The notes under the pieces were generated by a model. That model had not been told where the DNA came from, ran no database searches, and worked only from the letters and a program-made list of their open reading frames with translations. Both the position numbers and the translations under genes were made by a program. A stretch of 64,000 nucleotides of DNA from Mobula birostris (Eukaryota), in assembly GCF_030028105.1 (NCBI RefSeq), contig NC_092375.1, positions 45,917,130 to 45,981,129 on the forward strand, written 5' to 3'. This document shows positions 38,387 to 51,675 of the stretch, in pieces (position 1 is the stretch's first letter; every line of letters starts with the position of its first letter).

Positions 38387-39759
38387 AGAGAGGGTTGTTT
38401 TTAAAATTCTGTCATATTTCCCCAGGGACAAAAGAGTGAGCTCAATTATCCTGCCATGATGTACGAGAGAGAGCGGATTGAAAGTAGTTGTGAGTTCTCA
38501 GTTTGGCAAGTGTGCAATAATGATCTGCGCTGTTTTATTTTATTAACGTTAGTGTGATGTTTCCATCCTTCAGTTAGAGCTCGCGGGAACAATGCCTCAA
38601 AAAAAGCTTTAGAAAAAAAATCTTTGCACAGTCATTTGTCTGCGATGTTGTTGTGAGACCTGAAATCACAATTACCTGCCAAGAAGGTTGTTACAGAGGT
38701 ATTTTGCAAATATAACAAACTGCGTCAATGGCAGTTTTATTATAAGGAGCGGATTAGGATGAAGAGAACCCCTGTTTCGGCGAGGAACAGGCAGAATTGT
38801 TTACGGGGAGGGATAATTAAACATGACGAATAGTTTTCTTCGGATTATCAAAGAAAGGCAGGTGTCTGATAATTGGAGTTCTATCTGCTGCACCGGACAC
38901 TGCAGACTTGCTGACTACTCCTGTACATATTCCTGCGCACATTGAGCACCAGTAACAACAGCAATTGGTTAAGGCTTCTTTCCCATCCAAACGTTGACAT
39001 CCAAACGCAGCAGATGATATTGGTGACCAATGTTTGATCAAAGAGATATGTGTCATTGACTATTTTAGGAAACAAAAAGGAAGGTAGAGATGGAGAGGGA
39101 TAGGAAAGGAATTTCAGGTATAAGAGCCTTGGCACCTGAAGACACCAATGGCAGATTAATTAAATTCAAAAACATACAAAGGGCCAAATTCGGAGGAGCA
39201 CAGATATCTAGTGAGGATTTCAGGGAGAGAGGGGTTACAGATATTGAAGAGAAAACAAGGAGAGAATGTTTACAATTTGGGGTCTCTAGAAGAAAAGGTC
39301 AATCAATAGTGGTGAATAATGCATTAGAAAATACATGAATTCAGTTTTACGAAGAAGAAAGCAAGGAAGATCAGAGTGGAGTGCCCTGGATTTGTCCAGA
39401 AGTCATGAAAGCACGGACAAGAGTTTCAGCTGCAATGAGCGGAGGAAGGGGTGGATTCAGACCACATCATTGCTGTGGTACTGCATAGTCCTCGTGGGAG
39501 CATGTAACCTGCAGGCTGAATCTCACCTCAGGTCAAGTTCAGATTCACATGATATGACAGCAAGGGAATCAGTGGCTAAGGAACAAAAATTGTGAAACTG
39601 AAGATACAGATTTCAAATCATCCAACAGGAACAATCAGGATATGTAAAAAGTACTCCTTAGCTTGATGGAAGTAAAGATGATTTGGCCTGTCAAATGCAC
39701 TCCTTCCATAGATTACAATCACAATCCATTTTACCAACAACCCAAACTGAAAGGTTTAC

Positions 39760-39978
39760 CATAGGACCATAAGACATATGGTAGGAGCAGAATTAGGCTA
39801 TTCAGCCCATCAACTCTGCTCTGCCATTCAATTTGGCTGATCTATTTCACACTCAACCCAATTTTCTTGCCTTCTCTACATTTGATGCCCTTACTAATCA
39901 AACCCACTTTAAATATATACTCAATGTCCATAGCAATGAATTCCACAGATTCACCATCCTCGAGCTAAAGAAATTTCT
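39760..39978 (-). mobile_element. CR1 3' UTR fragment
   Basis: ACCATAGGACCATAAGACAT...GGAGCAGAATTAGGC..TTCAGCCCAT tail pattern and GAATTCCACAGATTCACCA. Confidence 0.65.
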
Positions 39979-42069
39979 CAGTGGCTGAAATTCCTTGAAA
40001 GTTTGTATACATGTCCTATGAACAATAGCCTATTATACTAGATCATCTGTTTGCATTTTTCCTTATGATCTTCTTCCTTGAAATTGGCTAAATATTCATC
40101 AACTGAAATGAGTCAGAACTTTTTTTTAAACAGGAACGTATGTCAAATATTTCACAAACCTGAAGTGCTAAACTACTTAACACCAAATAGAGTACTTTCT
40201 GAAGCATCTTGATATTCAGAAACATGCAACCAATTTGTAAATAGCAAGGCCCAGTAAGTAGCAATGAAATAATGGTCAAATGTTCTGTCGTTTGTGTTGC
40301 CAGTCAAAGGATGAAAATCAGAATCAGAATTAATAAGGTTTATTATCACCAGCATGTGTCATGAAACTTGTTAAGTTGGCTACAGCACTGAAGAGAACTC
40401 ACTGATCTTCACATGGTGCCATGAATCATTTATGCCCTTTAAGAGGGGTGGACATAATTTCAATTTAACATTTCATCCCAACCTCAACAGCTACAACAGC
40501 ATCTCATTTCTACAGTGCTGGGTGGGACGTCAGTCTATAAAATGGGTTTATATCACAAGAGTGGCGCTTTTAATACATAACCTCCATAACTCTGAAGACC
40601 TGAGTAGTACTCACTGAATCAAAAGTTTTTGGAATTGCATGGTAATGAAAACCAGTAGTTTTAAATATGTTCCCTTTTAAAGTTGGTTTTCATTCATTTG
40701 ATCAAGAGACGGATCATCAATTAATCCACAAATAAAATTTATATTTACTTCCAAGAGTTCCAGTCTCATGTGTTTCTGATTCCATGCTGAAAGCTGCTGC
40801 ATTCATTTAAATTAAAATATTATAATTTCAGCTGCTTGAATTTGAAGTGCAACATTACTAAATATATAAATGCAAGTTGAAATCTCATGCATCACTGCAT
40901 TGAGCATTATTCATGAAAGATGGCTTGGTGTCAGTGGACACCCATAAATGCTTTTGGAGGACGTCCCATAATACCTTCTTTCTAATGTAACATATTCAAA
41001 GTCACTTATTTAGTGTGCTATTCCTGTAAGGTTAACCACTTTGCAATATTTCTGGTTAAGCCTTTTGCATTATTTTTCCTATCATACTTAGCAGAAACAT
41101 TTTTCTGCTATCCTACATTTTATACCTCTGATTGGTTAATCTCTTCTAGTGACCGAGGTCCAAGTCTAAGGCTGTCAGGTGTTCATTTGCATTTTAGTGT
41201 TATGGATGGCAGCTTTCTGAACAGCTCATGCCTCCTGAACTCAGATCAGGCATTTTGCCTGTTCCAAGCTGCTGCTACCTCTGCTTACTATCCAAATGAC
41301 CTCATTTCACATGCGTTGTTTAATGGATAACTATTTCATATTACTACTGATACTACATCACTTTACTGATGATCATTATGTTAGTGGGTAGCTTTTCTAC
41401 AGTCCTATAATTGCTACATCCTTTCCTTCCTCCTCTTCTGACCCTTCTGGAGTGATCTTTCCTTCCACAGACCTTTTGCTGGTGTTTTTCTCATGACTGT
41501 GAAAAGGTGCTTCTTTTCTCGACTCCTGGCAATCAGATAGACTGGGAAAGATTGGCAATCACACGAAAGCAACAAATGGTGTGTTTAGTTGATCTACAAC
41601 CAGCTCCTGGCTGGTGCTTTGGAATTTAGCAAGGGCAACAACAACGATTTGCACTTTTACAACATTGTTAATATAGTAAATATCACTTCTCGTTGATTAT
41701 ATGTTGGAGGCGGTGTTGGGTGTGATAGATTCATTGATGTGGGGGATAGGGAAGAGTGGAAGATTAGTCCTGCTAACTTACTAGAGTGCAGATAAAATCT
41801 CTAATGTAGCCTGTCTGAAGTAAAGGTGCATTTTCCCAGGTCTCTGCCCCACCATTGCCATTCAGGTCCAAGGCCTTCCCAACACTGTTAGACACTCCCA
41901 CCAGATCTATCTTGCAACTTGATCCATAAAGTCTCACCGCAGTACTCAAGGACCTTTCAGAACAATCTGCATTCTACTCCCAAGTGCCTGTTCAATCAAC
42001 CAGACTACACCAAGATCACAGACTACTGCATATTATATTCCTTAATTCTTTATTAGGGAAAGAAAGTTT

Positions 42070-42830
42070 TCATTAGGGGAATGGAGGTGGAGAGTGTTAA
42101 TAACTTGAATTTTTGGGCATTAACATATCTGAGGATCTGTCCTGGGATCAGCATGCAAGTGTCATCACAAAGAAGGGACAGCAGTGTCTCTACAACCTTA
42201 GAAGTTTGCATAGATTTGGCACGTCACCAAAAACTTTGGAAAATTGTAGGTGCCAAGTGGTAGCATAACGGCCTGGCATAGAAACACCAATGCCCAGGAA
42301 CAGAAAAGATGACAGAAAGTGATGGGTACAGCCTAGTCCATCACAGATGAAGCCCTCCCCACCCATGGAGTATATTTACATGGAGTGCTGCAATAAGGAA
42401 GTAGCATCCACAACTAGAGACCATAACCTCTTCATGCTACCACCATCGAGTAGGAGATACAAAGCCTTACATCCCACACCACTAGGTTGTTCAGGAACAG
42501 TTATTCCCCTACAACTATCAGGCTCCTGAACTGCCAATGATAACTTCATTCACCACTACTCTGAATGATTCTATGATCTACAGACTCACTTTCAAGGACT
42601 CTTTGCATCTTCCATTCTCAGTATTATTATTTACTTGCACAATTTGTCTTCTTTCACACATTGGTGTTTGTTAGTCTTTGTCTATGCATAGCTTTTTGTA
42701 AAATTCTACTGTACAGTATTTCTTTTTTGCTGCAAGAAAGCAAATCTCAGGGTTGCATACACGTTTGTAGTTACAGTATGTGGTAACTACAGTATATGTA
42801 CTTTGATAATAAATGTACTTTGAATTTTGA
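42070..42830 (+). mobile_element. Rex1/Babar-like LINE 3' fragment
   Basis: VESVNNLNF and LFMLPPSSRRYK remnants, with the tail GATAATAAATGTACTTTGAATTTTGAA. Confidence 0.7.
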
Positions 42831-42834
42831 ACAA

Positions 42835-43143
42835 CATGGTAGTGTAGCAGTTAGCACAATCCATATACAGTAGCGGTGATCTCCGATTAGGGTTCGATTC
42901 CTGATGGTGTCTATAAGGAGTTTGTATGTTCTCCCTGTGACTGTATTGCTTTCCTCCAGGCGCTCCAGTTTCTTCCCACATTCCAAAGACGTACAGCTAG
43001 GGTTAGGGTTAGTAAGTGGGTTTGCTATGTTGGTGCCAGAAGCATGCCAATTCTTGCAGGCTGCCCACAGCACACTCCTCACTGATTTGATGCAAATAGC
43101 ACATTTCACTGTATGTATATGTGACAAATAAAACTAATCTTTT
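42835..43143 (+). mobile_element. tRNA-derived SINE
   Basis: A-box-like TAGTGTAGCAGTTAG, B-box GGTTCGATTCC at ~42891-42901, core GGAGTTTGTATGTTCTCCCTGTGAC and an AATAAA tail. Confidence 0.75.
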
Positions 43144-43212
43144 AGGACCACCCAATTCTTTCATTTTCTGAACAGATCTATAACACCCACACGTAGTGAC
43201 TATTTAAATAAT

Positions 43213-44066
43213 GATGAGTTTGAGTACAGAGAGGAAATTAAGAACCTGGTGGCATGTTGCGAAAACAATAACCTACCCCTCAATGTCAGCAAGACGAAGG
43301 AATTGGTTGTTGACTTCAGAAGGAGTAGCGGACCACACGACCCCATTTACATTGGCGGTGTGCAAGTGGAACATGTCAAAAGCTTTAAGTTCCTGGGGGT
43401 CAATATCACAAATGACCTGTCTTGGTCCAACCAAGCAGAGCCCACTGCCAAACAGGCCCACCAGCACCTTTACTTCCTGAGGAAGCTAAGGAAATTTGGC
43501 TTGTCCCCTAAAACCCTCACTAATTTTTTATAGATGCACCGTAGAAAGCATTCTTCTGGGGTGCATCACAGCCTGGTATGGAAGTTGTCCTGTGCAAGAC
43601 CGGAAGAAGCTGTAGACGATCGTGAACACAGCCCAGCACATCACACAAACCAATCTTCCATCCTTGGACTCACCTTACACCACACACTGTCAGAGCAGTG
43701 CCGCCAGGATAATCAAGGACACAACCCACCCAGCCAACACACTTTAAATCCCTCTTCCCTCCGGGAGAAGGCTCAGGAGTTTGAAGACTCGTACGGCCAG
43801 ATTTGGGAACAGCTTCTTTCCAACTTTGATAAGACTGCTGAACGGATCCTGACCCGGATCTGGGCTGTACCCTCCAAATATCCGGACCTGCCTCTCAGTT
43901 TTTTTGCACGACCTTACTTTCCCTTTTCTATTTATGATTTATAATTTAAATTTTTAATATTTACTATTGATTTGTACTCGACAGAGCATGACGAGCAGAG
44001 TCAAATATCGCTGTGATGATTGTACACTCTAGTATCAACTGTTTGGCGACAATAAAGTATAAAGTA
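43213..44066 (+). mobile_element. Rex1/Babar-like LINE 3' fragment, relatively young
   Basis: ORF NNLPLNVSKTKELVVDFRR...VKSFKFLGVNITNDLSWS...LYFLRKLRKFG, tail AATAAAGTATAAAGTATAAA and candidate TSD TAAATAAT (43205-43212, 44067-44074). Confidence 0.88.
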
Positions 44067-45028
44067 TAAATAATCCTACAAATGATTGTGAGCCCTTGGA
44101 GTTCCCATAAATTCTGATTGCTCTTTCCCTTCTCCTCTATAAATTGGGATTGTTAAAAAATGATTCCCTACTCAAGAACAATTCAGTCCGCGGGAAGTGC
44201 ACCAGAAATATTTTCCAGTCCTATCACAGCATCTCTGACTTCACTGTGCCTTCAGATCCTCACTTTTGTCATTCCTAGTGCAGTACTCCCAACCCATTTC
44301 TACCAGGTCCATCAACTCTACTAATTTTCTATTTGCAGGACATTGCCGCTCAGACACCTGCTAACATCCCCACCCAAGCACTCCATTTTGCCAAGCTCCA
44401 CTTTCAATTCTGAGAAACTTTACTCGTACCCTATTGTTTACCTTTGGATTTTGAAAAGCTAAGTGGAAAAAAAAACAGCATTCCATGGTCAATCAATAAT
44501 AATTCGATTCAATTCAAGGACATTTATTAGCAATGAATGTATGAATTATACAACCTTGAGATTTATCTGCTTACAGCCAGCCGCAAAGCAAGAAACCAGA
44601 AAGGACCCAATTTAAAAAAAATAAAGACTGATTCCCAATGCACAGAGAAAGAGAAAAAAAAACACAAATCATGCAAACAATAGAAATGAGCACAGCATTC
44701 CAAACCAAATTGAGTCCTGAAATCCAAATACCCAGAGCAGCCTGGAATTGGCCCTCGGACTTAGTCTCAGTTCATCATATTAATGGGGCAAATCGCCATG
44801 AAACTCTTTGACACAAATGAAGTAGTAATGATGTATTTGCAAGTCTGGAGCCTATGAAGTTTAGACGGGAATTTGCAGATAGTGATGTTCCAGTGTAGCT
44901 AGCCCTCTCACCCTTCCAGGAGCTGGAGGATGCAGCCTTGGGAGCTGCTGAGGAGTAGTCATCGGTGTGCTGCTCCTGTGGGGACACTACAGCCATGATG
45001 AGCTGATTTTTTAGGAGGTATAGGGGAT

Positions 45029-45980
45029 GGTGAATGGGACTGGGAATGGGACGTGGAATTAAAATGTGTGACCACTGGGAGATCCTGCTTTCTGCAGGGA
45101 TCGCTCCCTACACGACTCCCTTGTCCATTCATTTCCCGCCCCTCCATCCCTTCCCACCGATCTCCCTCCCGGCATTTATCCTTGTAAGCGGAACAAGTGC
45201 TACACATGCCCTTACACTTCCTCCCTCACTACCACTCAGGGCCCCAGGCAGTCCTTCCAGGTGAGGCGACAATTCACCTGTGAGTCGGCTGGGGTGATAT
45301 ACTGCATCCAGTGCCCCCGATGCAGCCTTCTATATATTGGCGAGACCTGAGGCAGGCTGGGAGACCATTTTGCTGAACACCTACGCTCTGTCCACCAGAG
45401 AAAGCAGGATCTCCCAGTGGCCACACATTTTAATTCCACGTCCCATTCCCATTCTGATACGTCTATCCACAGCCTCCTCTACTGTCAAGATGAAGCCACA
45501 CTCAGGTTGGAGGAACAACACCTTATATTCCATCTGGGTAGCCTCCAACCTGATGGCATGAACATTGACTTCTCTAACTTCCATTAATGCCCCACCTCCT
45601 CTTCGTACCCTATCCGTTATTTATTTCTTTTATTATCCTATATATACTATTATTTATTTTTTCTCTCTCCTTTTTCTCCCTCTGTCCCTCTCACTATACA
45701 CCTTGCCCATCCTCTGGGCTTCCCCCCTCCCCTTTTCTTTCTCCCTAGGCCTTCCGTCCATCCCATGATCCTCTCATATCCCTTTTGCCAATCAACTTTC
45801 CATCTCTTAGCTCCATCCCTTCCCCTCCTGTCTTCTCGGATCTCCCCCTCCCCTTCCCACTTTCAAATCTCTTACTATCTCTTCTTTCAGTTAGTCCTGA
45901 CGAAGGGTCTCGGCCCGAAACGTAGACTGTACCTCTTCCTATAGATGCTGCCTGGCCTGCTGCGCTCACCAGCAATTTTT
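45029..45980 (+). mobile_element. Penelope-like element 3' fragment (GIY-YIG region plus pseudo-LTR) with a short inverted 5' piece
   Basis: Near-identical to 53077-53960 (reverse). It encodes a degenerate VIYCIQC...LYIGET...HFNS. 45029-45093 is an inverted copy of ~45402-45455. Confidence 0.9.
45892..45929 (+). ncRNA. Minimal type I hammerhead ribozyme motif
   Basis: AGTC-CTGACGA-A-GGG TCTCGG CCC-GAAA-C-GTA-GACT. Stem I is AGUC/GACU, the core CUGANGA and GAAA boxes are intact, stem III is a palindromic ACGU and the cleavage triplet is GUA. Confidence 0.8.
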
Positions 45981-46149
45981 AAGTTCCTGGTAATGATGAC
46001 TCTCAGATTTTGGATCCCAGAGGACTCAGCAAAGATAAAGTCTTTAATATCAGGTGTTTAGATTCTGTTCCAGTGGAGTTGGTTAACATCCAATGGTTGC
46101 ACGGCAGAACAGGAAAATGACACTCACTGTACCAGCCACAAATATTATA

Positions 46150-46452
46150 GACCCATTGAATTATTGAGCACTGAAACAGGCCTTTGGGCTCACCTAATCG
46201 ATGTCAACCTGACCTAGTCTCACGTACCTGCACGAAACCATATCCCTCCCATGCATGTACCTATCCAGAGTTCTCTCAAAATTTTACAATTGTATCCCTA
46301 TCTCCCACTTCCCTGGCAGTTCATTCCACACTTGCCCCACCATCTGAGTGAAGACGTTTCCTCTCATATTCCCCTTCAATATTTTACCTTTCACACTAAA
46401 CCTACGACCTAGTTCTAGTCCCACCCAACCTGAGGGGAAAAGGCCTGCATTT
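46150..46452 (-). mobile_element. CR1 3' end fragment
   Basis: Matches 12050-12360 (GAGTGAAGACGTTTCC...CCCAACCT.AG.GGAAAAGGCCTGC). Confidence 0.75.
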
Positions 46453-46718
46453 GGCTCTGAGCCTGCGTGTGAGTCTTACCTGTGCATTGCGCATTGCCAT
46501 GAACTACCTCATTATCAGATTTCAAGCAGATTTGCACCTGGTAATTATCAATGAATATCCCCACCGCTGATCTAATGAAGCAAGGAAATTCACTGATTAA
46601 CATCAGAAGGCAGCCCAAGATATTCCTCAGGGGAACTCCTGTGGTGAAAACGTGTGACTGAAGAGACAAACCTCCTACAATCATAGCCACTTTCCATTGT
46701 GCTATCCAATGAAGAATG

Positions 46719-49700
46719 TGAAAGGGCGCTGGAACAGACCCAGTACTGTGCACACAGTGACACTAATTAAGTAACAAATCCCAAGGTGCAAACAAAGTTG
46801 GCATCAAGGTTCAGGCAGAGTTCAAAACATCCAGAGAAATTCAAAAACCAGAATTGGGAATCAGGCAGAGTCGATATTCGGATGGACGGAGTTCAGATAT
46901 GAATGCTGGAAAGGCTCAGGAAAATTCACTGGCACAATCTGGCAACAAACAGGTGAAAACACAGGACTGAAATACACTGAGCAATAAACAGAGGGGCAGA
47001 TGATAGGTGGAGCACAATGAGACACAGGTGGCAACAGAACAAGGTAATAATGAGAAACAGGTGAGAGGCGGAGTACTCAGTAATACAGGGGTGGGAGTAG
47101 AGCAAGAGTGGGGACAGGAGCACATGGGGCATGAAAACAAACAAGAGCACATAGCAGTACAAAACCACAGACTGACAGCTAGGGGGAAAACACACAAAAA
47201 GACAAAGTTCAACTGGAGGTACTGATAGTAAACCCCCACCCCTCTAGGGACACCTCCTGGCATCATGGCAGGTAGAGCCGGGTGCTGGTGATGAAAGCCC
47301 CTGATGAGAGGTTCATGATGTTACAGGTGGGGACCCAGCACCTCTCCTCAGGATCGTAGCCCTCCCAGTCCACAAGGTACTGGAGGCCACGGCCCCGGCG
47401 ATGAACATCCAGCTGTTGACACACCGTGAAGGCCTCTGCCCCATCGATGAGCCATGGGGGTGCGGAGGGAGGTTTGGGGACAGGATCCAGGGGGTGGCTA
47501 ATGAAAGGCTTGATGTGGGACACATGGAAGGCTGGATGAATGTGGCAGAGAGTGGAGGGGAGCTCGAGACGGATGGCAGCAGGTCTGATGACTAGCAAGG
47601 GGAAAGGGGCAGATGAAGCGGGGGGCAAGCTTGCGGGAATCCACCTTGAGGGGCAGGTCTCAGGTTGAAAGCCACACATGCTGTCCCTGGCAGTAACGTG
47701 GGGCCTTGGAGCAATGGCAGTCAGCTTGTCGCTTGATCCTAGCAGAGGCACAAAGAAGGGCAGAGCAAGTGCGTCTCCATGTCCGCTGACAACGGCGGAT
47801 GAATGCCTCGGCAGATGAAGTGCCAACCTCCTCCTCCTGGGCAGGAAACAGTGGAGGTTGGTAGCCAAGGCAGCACTCAAAGGGGACAGACTGGTGGATG
47901 AGGACGGATGACAGTTTATGGAGTACTCGGCCCAGGGTAGCTGCTGACTTCATGTGGAGGGGTTCTGGGAGACCAGACACCGCAATATAGTCTCTATCTG
48001 TTGGTTGGCCCACTCGGTTTGGCTATTGATCTGTGGGTGGAATGTTGAAGAAAGACTCACGGAGGCACCCAGAAAATTACAGAATGTCCTCCAAAAGTTG
48101 GATGTGAATTGAGAGCCCCTGTGTGACACAACATCTACAGGTAAACCATGTAATTTTAAAACACGCAGTACTAGTAATTTGGCTGTTTCTTTGGCAGAGG
48201 GGAGTTTAGGTAAAGGAATGAAGTGTACTTAGAGAAACGATCAACTACTGTGAGAATGGTGGTGTTAACATCTGATGGGGGAAGACCGGTGACAAGATCC
48301 AGGGCAATATGGGACCAGGATCTCTTCGGAATAGACAGGGGTTGTAACAGGCTAGCGGGTGACCGGTTAGATTTCTTGCCTTGAGCACAGACCGAGCAAG
48401 GTAAGATGAAGTTGCGGATGTTATCTCCCATGGAGGGCCACCAGAACCACCGACTGATGAAGGCCTGAGTACGCTTGGTTCCACGGTGACAGGATAACTG
48501 GGAAGAATGACCGCACTGCAATAACTGTGAGTGGACAGAGCTGGGAACATAAACACGATTAGTGGGGCAGTGACTAGGGCCTGCATCCCTCTGTTGAGCA
48601 GCTTGCCCAATGGATTCAATGTCCCATTGAGTTGCACCCACGAACCTCAGGGGTCTCAGAGGAGACAAATCTTCGGGAGAGGGCATCAGGTTTTCCATTC
48701 TTGGAACCAGGGCAGAAGGACAGTAAAATTGAATCTTGAGAAAAACAGGGACCAACAAGCTTGATGGGAGTTGAGACGTTTGGCCGTACAGATATACTCC
48801 AGATTCTTGTGATCGGTCCAGATTAAGAATGGCACTTTTGCTCCCTCCAGCCAATGCTTCCATTCCTCCAAAGCTAGCTTCACAACCAGCAGCTCCCGGT
48901 TTCCGACATCGTAATTCCACTCCGTGGGAGTGAGGTGGTGAGAGAAGAAGGCGTAACGGTGTAGCTTCTCTTCCTTGGCCGAGCGCTGACAGAGAACAGC
49001 TCCTACGCCAGTGTCAGACACACCCACCTCCACAATGAACTGCCGGTCGGTGTCGGGTTGAATCAGGATAAGGGCAGAGGTAAAACGTTCCTTCAGGTCA
49101 GAGAATGCTTTTTCTGCAGCAGGGGACCAGGAGAATCTGACAGCTGATGAGGTAAGAGCAGTGAGTGGTGCAGCCAGTGTATTGTAATTTCTGATGAAGC
49201 AGCGATAGAAGTTAGCGAAGCCAAGAAGCGTTGCAACGCTCGACAAGTCAAAGTTTGGAACCATTCAACCACCGCCTTGACCTTCTGTTGGTCCATCTGA
49301 ATGGAACCACCTGAAATTACATACCCCAGGAAGGAGACTGTATTGCGATGAAACTCACATTTCTCAGCCTCCACAAAGAGCTGGTTCTCCAGAAGGTGCT
49401 GGAGAACTCTGCGGAAGTGACCTGTACGTTCAGCAAGGGACTTAGAAAAAAAAATCAGAATCGTGTTGAGATACACAAAAACAAATTGGTTCAGCACGTC
49501 CCTGAGAACGTCATTTACCAAGGCCTGGAAGACAGCGGGGGCATTGGTGAGACCGAATGGCATGACCAGATACTCGTAATGGCCCGAGGTGGTGTTGAAG
49601 GCCGTCTTCCACTTGTCCCCTTTGCGGATGCGGACAAGATGGTAGGTGTTATGGAGATCAAGCTTGGTGAAAACTGAGCTTCCTTGCAGTAGTTCAAATA

Positions 49701-50559
49701 CCGAGGTCATGAGCGGAAGAGGGTAACAGTTCTTAATGGTGACTTCATTCAGTCCCCCGTAATCAATGCATGGACGTAAGGAGCCATCCTTCTTTTCAAC
49801 AAAGAAAAAAAACTGGCACCAGCAGGGGAGGAAGACGGCTGGATGATGCCTGCAGCCAGAGACTCTTGAATGTACTTACTCATGGCTTCTGTTTCAGGTA
49901 TGGACAGGGAATACAGGCAGCCCCTTGGGGGAGATGTGCCAGGCAAGAGGTCAATGGCACAATCATATGGACAATGAGGTGGTAGGGAAGTGGCCCAGGA
50001 CTTACCGAACATGACCTTGAGGTCCATGTATTCAGGAGGGATAGCTCTAAGGTCTGGAAATTCCTCAGGGGGATCTGGGCTTAGAGGCAAGGGGATCTGA
50101 GCATGGCAGATGCAGTGGGAGTGACTGAGTCTGGGCCACAACATTGGCTACATTAGAAGAAAGTGACTCCACTGCTCTGAACACAGAGTCCAGCTGTTTC
50201 TGGTGTCTCCCCAGCATTACTTCCTGTTGTTCATGAGCAGCTCTCAGACACCAGGATCTGCTGGATCCATTCTGGCTACAAACAGGTGAAAACACAGGAC
50301 TAAAATACACTGAGCAATAAACAGAGAGGCAGATGATAGGTGGAGCACAATGAGACACAGGTGGCAGCAAATCAGGTAATAATGAGAAACAGGTGCAAGG
50401 CAGAGTACTCAGTAATACAGGGGCCAGAGTAGAGCAGAAGTGGGGACAGGAGCACATGGGGCATGAAAACAAACAAGAGCATTTGGCAATATAAAGCCAC
50501 AGACTGATGGCTAGGGGGAAAACACACAAAAAGACAAAGTTCAACTGGAGGTTCTGACA
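46719..50559 (-). mobile_element. Chromovirus (Sushi-like Gypsy) LTR retrotransposon, defective
   Basis: 3' LTR 46719-47227 and partial 5' LTR 50278-50559, TSD GAATG (46714-46718, 50560-50564), PPT ~47230-47250. RT ([28 protein letters not shown]), RNase H ([16 protein letters not shown]), integrase (HIALDLVTGLP, VVDRFSK) and chromodomain (LQYLVDWEGYDPEERCWVP). Confidence 0.95.
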
Positions 50560-51349
50560 GAATGTTCCCCCTGATTCTAATTGTCTTCAGTGTAAAACAC
50601 ATTAAGGTTGGATGGTAAAAGCTATCCTTGTTATCAGGATTCACCTTTCTCCCTCATCTCTAGTTTATCATACTACTGTCTGTCCTTATCATGGACCAAA
50701 ACCATGATGAGCTTTGGAGTTGAGTGCAACCCAAATTGAACAGCGAGAAGTTATTAGTGGATATGTATCATACAATAGCCCTGCCAGCAACAGATTCCAT
50801 TAGTCATCTGAAATTACAGTGATGGAGCACTAATTGGCTGGATTGGATTCGTTCTACTTTTTGTGAGCAGAAAAGTCTTCCACATTGTTATTGCCAAATA
50901 AATGTAACTGTTGAACAACTTGGCTAGGAATGTGGCTAGATTAGTAACACGTCTTCTGCTCTGCAGCTGGGATGTTGCCGGGGCCCACGGCCTTTGCTAT
51001 CTCCAGTGCACTCAGCCATTTTTTGATGTTACTAGAAATGAGTCAAATTAGTTGAACGGTTGGAACTTCAAAGGGAGACCAAGATAATTAATTTACCTGG
51101 TATTTCTGACTGAAGGTGATTGCGTAAGTGTCAGTTTTGTGATTTGACCTGATCATTGAAATAGATTATTGTTCAAAGAGCCGTGTCCTCCCTTAAACTG
51201 TTTAATTGTTCACCAATATTCATTTGATGTAGGACAAGGGTGTTTGGATCTAATCTATTGGTTATGAGGGTCACTGAGCTCTTGTTAATTGCATACTCCT
51301 TCAAATGAATTTCCTGTGTTATAGCTGGGTTTGCAACTTATTTTTGGGG

Positions 51350-51590
51350 GACACGGTAGTGTAGCAGTTATCATAACAACTTACAGTGCCAGTGACCCGC
51401 CACTCTCTGTGAGGAGTTTGTACATTCTCTCCGTGACCGCATGGTTTTCCTCCAGCTGCTCAGGTTTCCTCCGACAGAATGTTTAGCAGATTAATTGGTT
51501 ACATGGGTGTATCTGGGTGGTGCAGGATTGTTGGCCCAGAAGAGCCTGTTACATGCTGTATCTCTAAATAAAAAATAAAATTAAATAAAT
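51350..51590 (+). mobile_element. tRNA-derived SINE (internally deleted)
   Basis: ACACGGTAGTGTAGCAGTTA head, the core shared with 42835-43143, and an A-rich tail. Confidence 0.7.
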
Positions 51591-51675
51591 TTAATGATGG
51601 TTCCAACATGGTCTTCAAAACTCCTCATTGAACCAATATTGATGTTATGACCTAATGCCAACTGTAGAATGATGC

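Noticed and set aside
42835-42905. Functional tRNA gene
   Set aside because: The A/B boxes run into a SINE core and tail, and no complete cloverleaf is present.
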